The position numbers and the translations under genes were made by a program. A DNA stretch of 64,000 bases, filler included, from Gonapodya sp. JEL0774 (lineage: Eukaryota): NCBI GenBank assembly GCA_027604505.1. It is 18 parts of 18 records of this genome, joined end to end, with 100 filler letters (N's around TTAATTAATTAA, not from the genome) between each part and the next. Parts side by side here need not be neighbours in the genome. Positions count along the whole stretch, not along the records: positions 1 to 3,505 come from JADIIX010001265.1; positions 3,606 to 7,108 come from JADIIX010001266.1; positions 7,209 to 10,705 come from JADIIX010001267.1; 15 more parts are not named here. One strand, 5' to 3'. Below are positions 1 through 10,805 of this stretch, in pieces (position 1 is the stretch's first letter; each line of letters opens with the position of its first letter). Under the pieces are notes generated by a model. That model searched no databases. It was not told the origin of the DNA and saw only the letters and a list, made by a program, of their open reading frames with translations.

Positions 1-2858
1 GGGGCATTCTAGCTCTCGTAAAGACCGAGCGAGACTGCCCTCAAGGCTCAATTTTGAATCCGCGTCAACCCATTCTGAGAATCGGAGAGTGCGTAAAGAC
101 TTGCATTTGAGCAAGATCCACTTCCACCAGTTATTGTCGACATGCCGCACGTAACCAAATTCAAGCATGTGTACGTTCAATGCTACACCCATGAGAATTG
201 GGCTCACAGCGTTTACGAATTCTGCTGATTTGTCGCTTGAGCAATCCCCGATTTTCCAAGCACGGACGTGTGCCGACACGTGAGCAAGAGCTCCGATAAT
301 CCTCTCCGATGTGAGTGGGGATTGATAGACAACTTTTATCGTTGATGACCGGACGTGCTTTCTGGTCGCGTCACTCAGCGACTCGAAAGCCGACAATTGT
401 CGGAGAGAAGAAGAAGAGGAAGAGATTTCCCACGTATCCCAAAGAGCCTCGAAGCAGATCCATTGCCAGTGCTTGCTTGAGTCACATTACGCAGGTTAGG
501 TTGGTCCTGATTCTTCGTCTACTATGCGAACGTAAAAACACACTCACCACACTTGGACGCAACTCGCCTTATCAGAAACTGGCAATCGAGAAACGATTTC
601 TTTCAAAACCTCCAGGGGTAGGTGATCGCCAGCGGCCATCGTCGATGGGCAACTAAATCCGCACTCGCGAATTTCGATTGGATGCGATGGTCACACTGTA
701 CGGAAGTCTGACGGCGAAGGAGGCAATACAGCACGCGAGAATGGCTGGTACAATTTGAATCAATCGTTGAGAAGCCAGTGATGACAGGGACGGGCTTTCC
801 GCACGCGAGGCAGATGACCTCCACTCAGCACCACAGTGACCGGCCACTGAGTGCAGCACCGCTGCCCGCATCGCGAACTCCCTCGCACACAGTAACTATT
901 GCACGATGACGTTGCCGCAGACGAGGGAGAGAGGAGAAGAGATCTCACCGTAATTGCAAGTTCCGAAATGCAAAGCACAGTGAACTGAAACTAAAGTACC
1001 CAGATTAAACATGACCACCTAGGGACGGGCGGGGGGATATTGGCGACACCACTGCGAGCCAGAGTGACAATGAGGATGAGGTTAAAGGTTGCGTTCCTGT
1101 GACCCCTCCCGTGAGCCGGCACGACGACAAGAACAAGGCAAGCGAAGCTGGGGGCGGGGGCGTCTTCAACCGTCTACACATTTATCATGCTCATCATACG
1201 TCTTGTGTAAGTACAACCGCCACTTCGCCAGCATGGTATCACACAGCAGAATCAGAGCATTTCGAGATTTTTATCGGAAACGAGTCAATTTATCCATTGT
1301 CGTCAAATCTGTGTGAATGGGCCGGGGAGGCATTCGGCATGCGACTTTTGACACAATGTTGCTTGACCCGGAGAAATGACAGGGCCACATGGAACACTGA
1401 AGAGAAAAGGATGTGCGTCATTCTGCGGAATGAATGGTGGGCTCTGCAGATTTCTCGCCCATTGTTGATTTTTGCGGAGAAGTTTCCGTACAAAGTATTG
1501 CCAACGTGAACACCGTGCACCTCAGTACAAAACGCCAGTGCATCTGGCAACAGATAAATCCCCACTGATGGATGTATCCGCAACCGGCTAGTACCGACGA
1601 GTGCCTCAGGCCGCCTCTGGAAGCTCGTTCCCTCGATCGAGGCCGTCCTCGGAGGGCGAGTGTATCCCAAGCGGTAGAAAGTCGGGTCCCCGCGACGGGG
1701 ATAGCCCCTTTATGGACGGAAGGGGGGCCCGGGTTGCCCTCATGCGCTTCCGGAGGGGCCCACGTGGCTTTTAACATCTCCTAGGCAGACGCAAAACTTC
1801 CGGGGGGAACATATCAAACTGAAACCAATGAAAACACAACTTGAAGACTCCGGCTTTCGCGACGCATCCACGGCGTCTCGAACAAGTCACAAGAGAAGGA
1901 GAGTATGCTGGCTCGAAGATGCCGCGTGGAAGCGGCCGGTGGAGGACTGATGTTGGCTGGCGTTGAGACTTATCCCCGCTGGCGTCTTAAAACCAGCGTC
2001 CCAAAAGAAGACGACCGGGAACGACATCCACGTTCATGAGCTACCATGAACCTTGCGAACACCGTTGTGTCTTTCCAATGGCCGTGGCTTTTCCATCACT
2101 TGACGGCGAACGGACCAATTTTAAACTGTGTTTAAGGGTGTTTATCACGGCGGCCTGCACCAGCTGTTTTGCACAAACGACTACAGAAGCTACCTACTAC
2201 TTTTACAATCTTAGTTGCGCTGCAGATTGAATGGATTGCCATCGTCACCTGCACATTGCAAAGTATGGGAACGTTTATCGCGACGCCGTAAACATTGATG
2301 ACGCAGGTCTTGCGCTGTTGCAGCCGCATTCACAACTATGGCAACCGCATCGTACCCTAGCACCTTCAAGTCTGATTTGAGTGTGGGAACGATGTCGTGG
2401 AACGCCCCGGGAATCTTCAACCCGAGCGAAATCGTACGTTTCCTGATCTTTATCTTGATGCTCCATTTGCTTCCGGCCTTATTTGCCGTGTGTAGGTGTA
2501 CCAAGTGCGGTGCGGCGCCAAGTACATGTCAAGTTGGTAGAAGATGGTGTTGGGGAAAAAAGTCGTATCACCATTGCAACTGTGGACAGTGCCTTTTATT
2601 CCACCAAGTTCTCGTTTGATGTTGGCCATTTCTTATTGATACGCCGTTGTGCGCCCACCAATAACCCGCACGGGTCATCATCTCCACAAAAGTCTGCGAG
2701 CTGCAGCAATTGGAATGCAAAATCTATCACACTATATTGTAAATGTACTCTTCATATGTACTACCAAGCAAGGTGCCCGCTGCTATCAGTGCTCACTTAT
2801 GGAAACATTGCATTATTAGCTGCCAGAACTTCCGATAGATTCATCACCACTGAAGTAC

Positions 2859-3475
2859 TCACCACAAGGAAATACGTTGGACAGAGGCAAATCCTCCATT
2901 CTCGGTCACACTTCTCTCTTTTGAAAGCTCCATGACATGCCTCTTGGCTTCCTCCCTGCTCATGGAAGGCAAATGCGTGGCCACACTTCGCAATACAGGA
3001 TCTGGGAGCTTTGACCCGAGATGTACCCTCAACAAATTTTGTACATCTGTCGTCTGTTGTGGTGGCACAAAACTTGTCGAGGCGATGCGATTATCTGGAT
3101 GAACGAGGAACATAGCGAGAACACGCCGGTATCCAGGTTTTGTCGGGTCTGAGAGTTGGAACGGTTCCACTCGGTGTTGCAGAAAGTTTGGAAACACTAT
3201 GCAGAGACCGGCTCGAGCTTCTGTCTGACCCGAAACTTGAACGTTCTCGGACCGCTCGGATTGGAAGCCGTAGACCATAGCAAGACCTGAAAACCTTCAC
3301 GTCAACCTCTACCACATCATGCAGAAACTTTGTTTGAGCATACCATCAAAATTTGACGGTTCATATTTAAAGCACTCCTTATCATAAACATGGCGGAATG
3401 TAAGCCGTGACGGAGTGATATTCTCGATGTCGTAGTAGAACAAGCCGGTGGCGGCAATAGCCTCATTTTCCATAC
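2859..3475 (-). CDS. DUF4246-family protein (2OG-Fe(II) oxygenase-like), 3' part, one intron
   Basis: Spliced: GMENEAIAATGLFYYDIENITPSRLTFR ... CIVFPNFLQHRVEPFQLSDPTKPGYRRVLAMFLVHPDNRIASTSFVPPQQ ... MSREEAKRHVMELSKERS. These are characteristic DUF4246 motifs. Truncated at the contig end. Confidence 0.85.
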
Positions 3476-3505
3476 CTGGAGAACCCCGTGTGTGTCAGGT
3501 GTGAG

Positions 3506-3605
3506 NNNNNNNNNNNNNNNNNNNNNNNNNNNNNNNNNNNNNNNNNNNNTTAATTAATTAANNNNNNNNNNNNNNNNNNNNNNNNNNNNNNNNNNNNNNN
3601 NNNNN
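3506..3605. other. Artificial contig-joining spacer (44 N + TTAATTAATTAA + 44 N); first of 17
   Basis: Identical 100-nt spacers start at 3506, 7109, 10706, 14303, 17897, 21491, 25080, 28667, 32252, 35834, 39413, 42982, 46549, 50112, 53671, 57229 and 60783. Contig lengths between them never increase (3503 down to 3454). The core has stops in all six frames. Confidence 0.99.
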
Positions 3606-3652
3606 TGCCTCTTCTGCTTGCCTTCTTTCACTACCTCGACAACTTAACATTA

Positions 3653-4417
3653 GTGCTGCAATCTGTCCCTCCAAGTTTCAATCCCACCTTTGTCGCTCCA
3701 AGTGCAAACTCTTCCGCTCCGACGTATCGCCCCGTTCACCCTCTGCGCTACGCGCTTCTTCTTGCTTCACAGTCTGCCCACCCAACGCTTCCTGCATCCA
3801 CAAGCGCGTCAAGCATATCGGCCCTTCTTCGTGTCTCGCAGAGCTCGGGCCGAGCTCTCTGCTACTTCCCTGAAGAGACCACGAGCAACGGGAGAGGATT
3901 TTTGCAGTTTGGTGACGGCCTCAAGAGCGTTGAAGTTGATCAAGGGGCCGAAAAAGTCGGTGCGAGAGTTCATATGATCGGAATACGGTGAGCTGGATCC
4001 GTGACAGAGAACTGCATGTGTTTCGCCGAATCACATCTCCTTCCACAAAACCTCAGGTACGATGTAGACCGCCCTTCCGCTACATTCCCGCACGGTTCAT
4101 TCCTAGCCCACATGGCATCACTTCTGCTTTCCCTCTCCCAACACCTCACCGCCCATCACCTCCCCCCAGCCGAAGTGAAAACATTACTACCTCCGTCATC
4201 AGAGCCCACCGATGAAGGTCCGACCGCATCAGCGGTTGCTCAGGCGCTCGGTAGAATTCTGAAACTCAGGAGAACGGGACTTGGATGGAGGGATAAGGAG
4301 GAGTTTGTACAGTTCTGGAGGGAGAAGGGACGGGTTCGAAAGGAGGGAAGGGGAAACAAAGATGACGCGGGAAGCACTCCAACAGGACGAAGAGGAACTG
4401 GGAAGAAGAAGCTCTAG
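3653..4417 (+). CDS. Lysophospholipid acyltransferase (Loa1/Vps66-like), 3' part
   Basis: FPEETTSNGRGFLQF resembles the acyltransferase FPEGT(S/T)NG motif. C-terminus LRRTGLGWRDKEEFVQFW. Intron 3988-4056 (GTGAGC..CTCAG) restores the frame. Confidence 0.7.
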
Positions 4418-4617
4418 AGAAACCTCCATTGTACATGATCCAACCTAACGAAACGAAACGATGCTCCGTTCATGCTACGTTCCAAATCTGACCCACGCGA
4501 AATCGGGGATTCGGGACTTGCGGCTATACCTTTTTGACACCCACAACAGCTCTACAATCTAGCAGAATGAATTGTCCAATACGAGCAAACTAGTTATACC
4601 GAAATATCCCACCTCGG

Positions 4618-5322
4618 CTACGACATCGTCCGTGATCGAGCGGCGAACGATTCGTTTACTTCACCGACTTCCCACTTCAACATTTCTGCGTCTTTGCCTT
4701 GCGACTCCACCCTCACGCAAAGCCACTCCTCTTCAAGTGAGCCTGCGTCGTTAGGAGTCATGTTGACCACTTCGCAAGCCCAAGTCCGTGCCGCCACAAA
4801 GCACATTCTCGACTCTCCTGTCTCAAGGTTAAAGTCGTACTCGTGTCGTGGGCACAGTATAGACGGCGCCGGGAGGTCGGAGATGGGAGGATACGGTGGA
4901 ACAGGCAAGTCTTCAAGATCACCCTTTTTGGCGCACATTTATGATTTATGTAGTGACAATGAGATGCAGCACCAACATATCCTTACTGTAACAAGGCTAG
5001 CGTTCGCGTGTGGACATATCTGGTCGATAGCGTATGCCTTGATCGCCGTTCTCTCGCCATCAAGAGGACCGATATCCGTCACTTCACCCGATTCCCGGTG
5101 ACTCATTACGAGAATGACGATCAGCATGCGTACCGACGACGATTTCTGCGATTGCAACGAGATGCGCTTCAAGGAAACAGAGAAGCGATGCACCTCTGGA
5201 GCTCCGCGAGAGGAGGACGAGGAGGATTTCAAAGGTGGGGATTCATTGAGAAGGGAGCGAAGTGACGAAATCGGAAGGATGGTTGTGACTTGCTGCGAGA
5301 TTGAGGGGGATGGGGTTGACAT
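4618..5322 (-). CDS. Rieske [2Fe-2S] domain protein (RFESD/NirD-like), 2 exons
   Basis: YAIDQICPHANASL(VT)|GDLED...ILCPRHEYDFNLETGES supplies the CxH and CxxH Rieske ligands. Intron at about 4925-4986. Confidence 0.85.
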
Positions 5323-5499
5323 TTTCAAACGCCGTAATTGGAGGTTGGTACTTCATGGAGTGATGATATTCATGAAGGAGTTTTTATCAAAATTATGAAC
5401 AGATTATGCAAAACTTGATTTGATATAAGCTTAATAGTTGAATGCACTCTAATATCTCCGCGACCTCCAGTGCCTTTGGGTATCGCAATTATACTCCCA

Positions 5500-6728
5500 T
5501 TAGAAGTCCCATGATTCCCCACGGATCAGCTCAACACCTCTCAACCAGTTCTGTCCTTGCTCACACCCATTGTAAGGCAAGTACTCGCACTCTGGCAAGT
5601 GTCCTGCTCCACATTCCATAACGACGGGGGGACCCATGCACGTCGCCATGCGCATAAGAAGCGGATCCCAGCCATGGATTCCCACGTCGTGGCTGTGACC
5701 AGTGGTTGGAGATGTCAGCGCTAGGAGCTGATGGAGATCGTTCATAGATAAGATGTTGGCTGTGGTGTTCGCAAGTGGGATCGATGTCACGGGAGCCGGT
5801 GAGGAAGGTCTGAGAGGCGAGGGAGGTGGGGAAGGATAACGAGTTGCTGGCAAGGATTGTCTAGGAGCGGCCGTCGGTGTTTTGGTCGAAGCCTCAGTGA
5901 TCAACGGTGGGTTCATTGGGTTCCATTGCTGTCCGCCTTGATATTGTCTAGGGAGGAGCAAGTTATCGTTATCGCACTGGTAAATAATCGTTTGGAAAGC
6001 CACATTCACTCACAAGGCAGTAAGCATCGCCCAGTTACTCAAGGTAAGCTCGAACAGCTGTGCTTGCGTTAATCTCTCGTACTCGGCCATCATGAAATCG
6101 AAATAGGTTGGACTCTCCGATTTATCTTCGAGACCATGCTCTTGCGTGATAGCCATGGGCAAAGAATCATTGAAAGTCAAGTCGTCAAGCGTGCCGTGCG
6201 ATGGTTCTGTTTCTTCTTGGGACATGGACGTTGCAGTGGGCGACGGTGGCGGAAAGTCATACGAGTACCGGTATGTTGACTCGAAGGCCTCAACCCTTCC
6301 ACGAGCTGGGTTCATGTGGCAAGATTGTTGATGCTTCAAGAGACGGCATTTTCGACTGAATCTGCATAGCAATAGGTTTGAGAGTGAGACCTGGATCAGT
6401 GACAATTATCGCAGGAAACCATGAAGGCGAAAATCTCACTCTCTCATTCTGACGTGACAGAAAATGCATTCTGGAAGAGGTCTATGACTCGCCATATGCA
6501 CTGTGAGGTCCCCTTTCCGATGATACGCAGAATTGCAGCCCGGCTTCTTGCAAACATAAGGCTTCGGTCGATTCGGGTAGTGAGTGGCTTCGTGTTGTGT
6601 GCGATTGTTGGATCTATCCGCGTTTTCAGTAAGGGGACAACCGAAAGAAGGTGAGAACATGTGTTCGGTCAAATCACCGCGGATGCTCACCGAGAGAAGA
6701 GCTTATCGCAGACGCTACACTTGTACAT
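5500..6728 (-). CDS. C2H2 zinc-finger transcription factor (3 fingers, 4 exons)
   Basis: Spliced fingers MYKCSVCDKLFSRSNNRTQHEATH, KPYVCKKPGCNSAYHRKGDLTVHMASH and ECIFCH..RFSRKCRLLKHQQSCH, followed by an acidic/Pro-rich tail. The TGA at 6010 falls inside a GTGAGT..CCCTAG intron. Confidence 0.85.
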
Positions 6729-7340
6729 CGCGGTTTTGGTGTCTGAAAGTGTAGATTTTCCAGAAGCGCACGGTGATGAGATTCGGCCTCGACTAGTTGT
6801 CCTCAGATATTGGGTGGTGACTGGCCGGAGATTGGTTTGAGTTGAGTGGCGAGGTGTCCGATTTGGAGAGAGCGGAGAAGGAGATGATTGACGAGATGCA
6901 GCCTGTCTTTAAAGCGCCAATGCTTGGGATAAGTTCGGGCGAGTCGCGCTCAGTTGCCCTCAGTCCTAAACTTATCTCAAGGCCCCTCTGAGGGACTGCA
7001 CCGGCACTCGGCCAAATAGAGATCAGGCCTCAAACGAAATTAAACCCCGCAGTCATTCAACCATCCCCGCAGCACTCGCTTGGCTCAAAGCAAAATGTTG
7101 TTGTCGCANNNNNNNNNNNNNNNNNNNNNNNNNNNNNNNNNNNNNNNNNNNNTTAATTAATTAANNNNNNNNNNNNNNNNNNNNNNNNNNNNNNNNNNNN
7201 NNNNNNNNGAGCGCGTCCCGGACTCGACTGTATCTCCACAAGTTTCGGGGTTCAGCGTCGCTGCAATAGAGACCGTTCCGGGAACGCCCACCAAAGGAAC
7301 TCCGAATGTCGCTCGTCGTGGGCACGATCGCACGCTCGAA

Positions 7341-8762
7341 ATGCTTATTCGAAGCAGCCAAATGAATCGATCTCAAGAAGGTGTTGCTCGGACGCCGAGC
7401 CAGAAGTTGATGGACGGACAACTCCCACCACTGCCTGGTGCCTCTCCAATCTCCGCCATATTGGAGGGTTCGAACGATTCAGGAGGTATGCTCTCGCAGA
7501 AAGATGTGTCTTCCACTCCGCAACGCCCAGTCAACAGTACGACGAACGGTGATCCCGTATCGTTCAATCGGGAGGTGTTGTCAACAGTCCTCGCAAAAGC
7601 ATCCTCCATGGACCTACCCATGGACGACTGTGTCAAAGTAATGGACATTCCGTTATCGGATCATATTGATGGCCCCAAACCTGCAGATTATGAGCAAACA
7701 ATTGGTACTCTCCGAACTAGGAAGCGTAGAGAGTCAGTTCCAGATGCTCGACTACCGGGTGCATCCAGCCATATGGAGAACCCAAATCCCCATGGCACGA
7801 TCAGCCGACGAAGGAGCATCAACACCTTCATGGGAGGCGCCAAGGCGCAAGCGACATCATCTTCGGGCCCCGGGACTGTTTCGAAACATTCGGACGGCTC
7901 CCAGGCCAGTGCACATTCTTTTGGATCAAACTTTTCGCAGACATTTCCTAAACGGGAGGAGGCGGGTGCCGGGTTCAAGTTTCCGACCTTGCTCGACACC
8001 TTTGAGAGCAAAAATGTACCATTGAAAAAAGTGTCTCTGGAACTACAAGATGATGAGATGGTGCTGGTTAGTGAATGTTGGAGTAAGCTGCAAAAGCACG
8101 AGGGAGCCGCTTTATCGTGGGTGAGCAGATGTTCTTCTTTCTTCACTGGGCCGCCATCAGGAGACAAATGACGCTGATAGACCTCCGGCCATTCAACTTA
8201 CAGGCCAAGTCAACATTTCGGTACATGCTTGCAGATGGGCGGTTCGACGGACATTTCACGCTTTCTGAGGAGGACCGAGCACAAAAATTCGTGCACGCAG
8301 TGGATCGGGTGATCCAAGCTCACGTGCCCGATTCTCGAGGACGAAAGAATTTAGTACAAGAAGTTGTTGCGATTCTTTTGGAAATCGGATATCGCCATGC
8401 CACACGAATGAACTTGACTGTGGATGACTATCGAGGGAAACTAGCTGCAACGTGAGCATATGAAAGGCGGCACTGAGCATTCGCCCCATTTGCCGATAAC
8501 CTAATCTCATTGAATTGTGGCGTCTTCATATGGAACCGACAACAATTCACCACATGCTAGTACATTTACAATGCGTGAAGCCTGTACTCAGAAGGCAAAC
8601 ATCCCATTCTCGTATGAAACGGAGCTCGCCTGGTACGTATTCTTCTCGCAAATAGCCGCTGTAATGAACAGAGGTGGAGCGATGAGTTCAGATGAGATAG
8701 AAAATCTGCGAAATCCTGCCAGTTCCAAGCCCGGTGGCTGCATGACATGCGCAATCCTTTGA
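7341..8762 (+). CDS. Globin-domain protein with disordered N-terminus and C-terminal CaaX motif (3 exons)
   Basis: Introns 8121-8203 and 8452-8560 give helix A LQDDEMVLVSECWSKL, B-CD AKSTFRYMLADGRFDGHF, E DRAQKFVHAVDRVI, F LLEIGYRH (F8 His), G VDDYRGKLAATTFTM and H FSYETELAWYVFFSQIAAVM. Ends GGCMTCAIL*. Start codon uncertain. Confidence 0.8.
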
Positions 8763-8970
8763 TTGAACTTGTACAAAAACGAGTACGGACATCATCACAC
8801 TTGCTGGCAGTCGAGCAACGATCGACCTTGGTGGAAACCGGACCATGTTCCCTAATTTAACGTATTTAGTTACATAATTGCTACGTATGCGATACATATC
8901 CACTGTCAGATCATTCGGTATAATTGCATAATTGCAAATTGTTCATGTCGAGAGAAGTTCAGAATCCAAG

Positions 8971-10190
8971 CTAGAATTTGGCTTCATCTTGTGAAGATTG
9001 AACCTTCTCATTTGTAGAGTTCTGAGCTGCGGGCTGTATTGCAGCCTTGCCTCGGACATAAGAAGTGCAGAATGGGCAACGTCGAGCCTTCAAAGATTGA
9101 AATTGCGTGGATGATATGCAATACGGTCAATATGTACATCCTGAGTCAATTTCCAGCAATCTCTTCACACTCACCTTTAGGGGGATAGGCCGAGTACATT
9201 CTGTACAGGTTTGGAAGTTTGATTGCTTATCGGAGAACGAACGTTGGAATCGCATGAAGACTGGCGACCGGAAGTAGCAAGTTGTAATCATCGCGGAGAA
9301 AATGTCCGTGAAGATGACCAGTGGGTTACTCACAACCAACGAGTCCCGCCATTACAAGGGTAATGATGAGGGTGTTCACAAACACGTGGATGAATTTTCC
9401 ATAGTTCTCGGTGATGGCGCCTAATTCACACCAGACCAAAACATGATTATGTGTAGCGGGAGAACATTCACGGCGGTAACTTACCGTCATTCTTCGCATC
9501 CACTAGAGAATCATACGGTGGACCGCTTCGACCGGGCTTCAAAATAACATAAACATCACCCAGATACTTTCCTTCATGGGGTGGTGCGAAAGCACAACTG
9601 ATTCGGGGATTTTCTAAGTGGAGATGGGTTGGAAAGGGTCCACTTACCCCATATCACTTCAAACGGAGGAAGTACGAGGTCTTCTATAAAGCTAGTGAGC
9701 AGACCACTGTAGACTAATAATGGTCCAGTTAGGGATTTTAGACTCGCAATCCTTCGAATTCATGGCAACAATACGCACCTCCGCCAAGAACGACACCGAC
9801 ACCGAAGGATGCAACGCCAGTCGTAGCGAGGAACTCGCTCCAGTCTTGGAACCAGCTGTGAACTCGCTCTGATTGCAACACCGAAATGAATATGCAGGAG
9901 GTGCTTTGTGTCAGGTGCTAATGTTCGTGTACATGTGGAGAACTCACTTCCCAGTTGTTCCCCGGTTTCTTCGACCTCGACAGCAAGTTGTTCCACTGCT
10001 GCATCAACTTCTGGTGGAAGGACCCCATCCGGAATCAACCCATCATTGCCATCGGTGTTCTGTCGGTGGATCCCAAGAAAGTTGACAGGAAACTTCCAGG
10101 CATCAGCAGGGCTCACGATCTACTAACAGTGAGGCTCGCTGGCGATGCCAGAAGTGGTGTTTTTTCGCCGATGGTGGACGATCGGGACAT
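8971..10190 (-). CDS. MscL-family large-conductance mechanosensitive channel homolog (8 exons)
   Basis: Spliced: WFQDWSEFLATTGVASFGVGVVLGGVYSGLLTSFIEDLVLPPFEVIWG (S1/TM1), PPYDSLVDAKNDGAITENYGKFIHVFVNTLIITLVMAGLV (loop/TM2), tail TCTECTRPIPLKARRCPFCTS. All 7 introns are GT-AG and frame-consistent. Confidence 0.85.
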
Positions 10191-10805
10191 GTAGATATGT
10201 ATTTGGTTTGATTTTCTAACAGGATCTCACGGCTGCCAGTCCACCGAACGTGCAAGCAGCCCTTGATTGAATAGCGTGATTTTCACACGATGATCGTTTC
10301 AATTCAATTTGTTATTACTGTAAAGTTGTTCAATGATACTTTTACGCTCCTGGAAATGTGAACGGAACACGCCACTTCAAAATGCTTCAATTAAAGATTC
10401 TAGCTGATGCTTTCGGTTGGCCGCGAAGGCGAGAGCTTGCTCCCAGAAATGTCACGAGTGTTCGGCAGACTAGCAGACGCTACTTGCTTGGCTTCGTCCG
10501 GCTCTAGCCCTTTCATATAGCTCGTGCAGTAGCAGCAGCGGCGAGCCTGGTTTGTTTGGGTGGGAAAATGTCAATACGGGGGCTTATTTGGGCTGCGACA
10601 CGCCCGGGTAACATGTCATATTGAGGGCACATACCTCCACAAGCATCGGGCGAGTGCATTGAAAGCAGTTCTTGTAGTGTGACTCTTCCTCCGAGAACGC
10701 CCGTTNNNNNNNNNNNNNNNNNNNNNNNNNNNNNNNNNNNNNNNNNNNNTTAATTAATTAANNNNNNNNNNNNNNNNNNNNNNNNNNNNNNNNNNNNNNN
10801 NNNNN

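Noticed and set aside
1..2700. Short Cys-containing ORFs on both strands (e.g. 2132-2504, vaguely saposin-like)
   Set aside because: No consistent exon chain or convincing motif.
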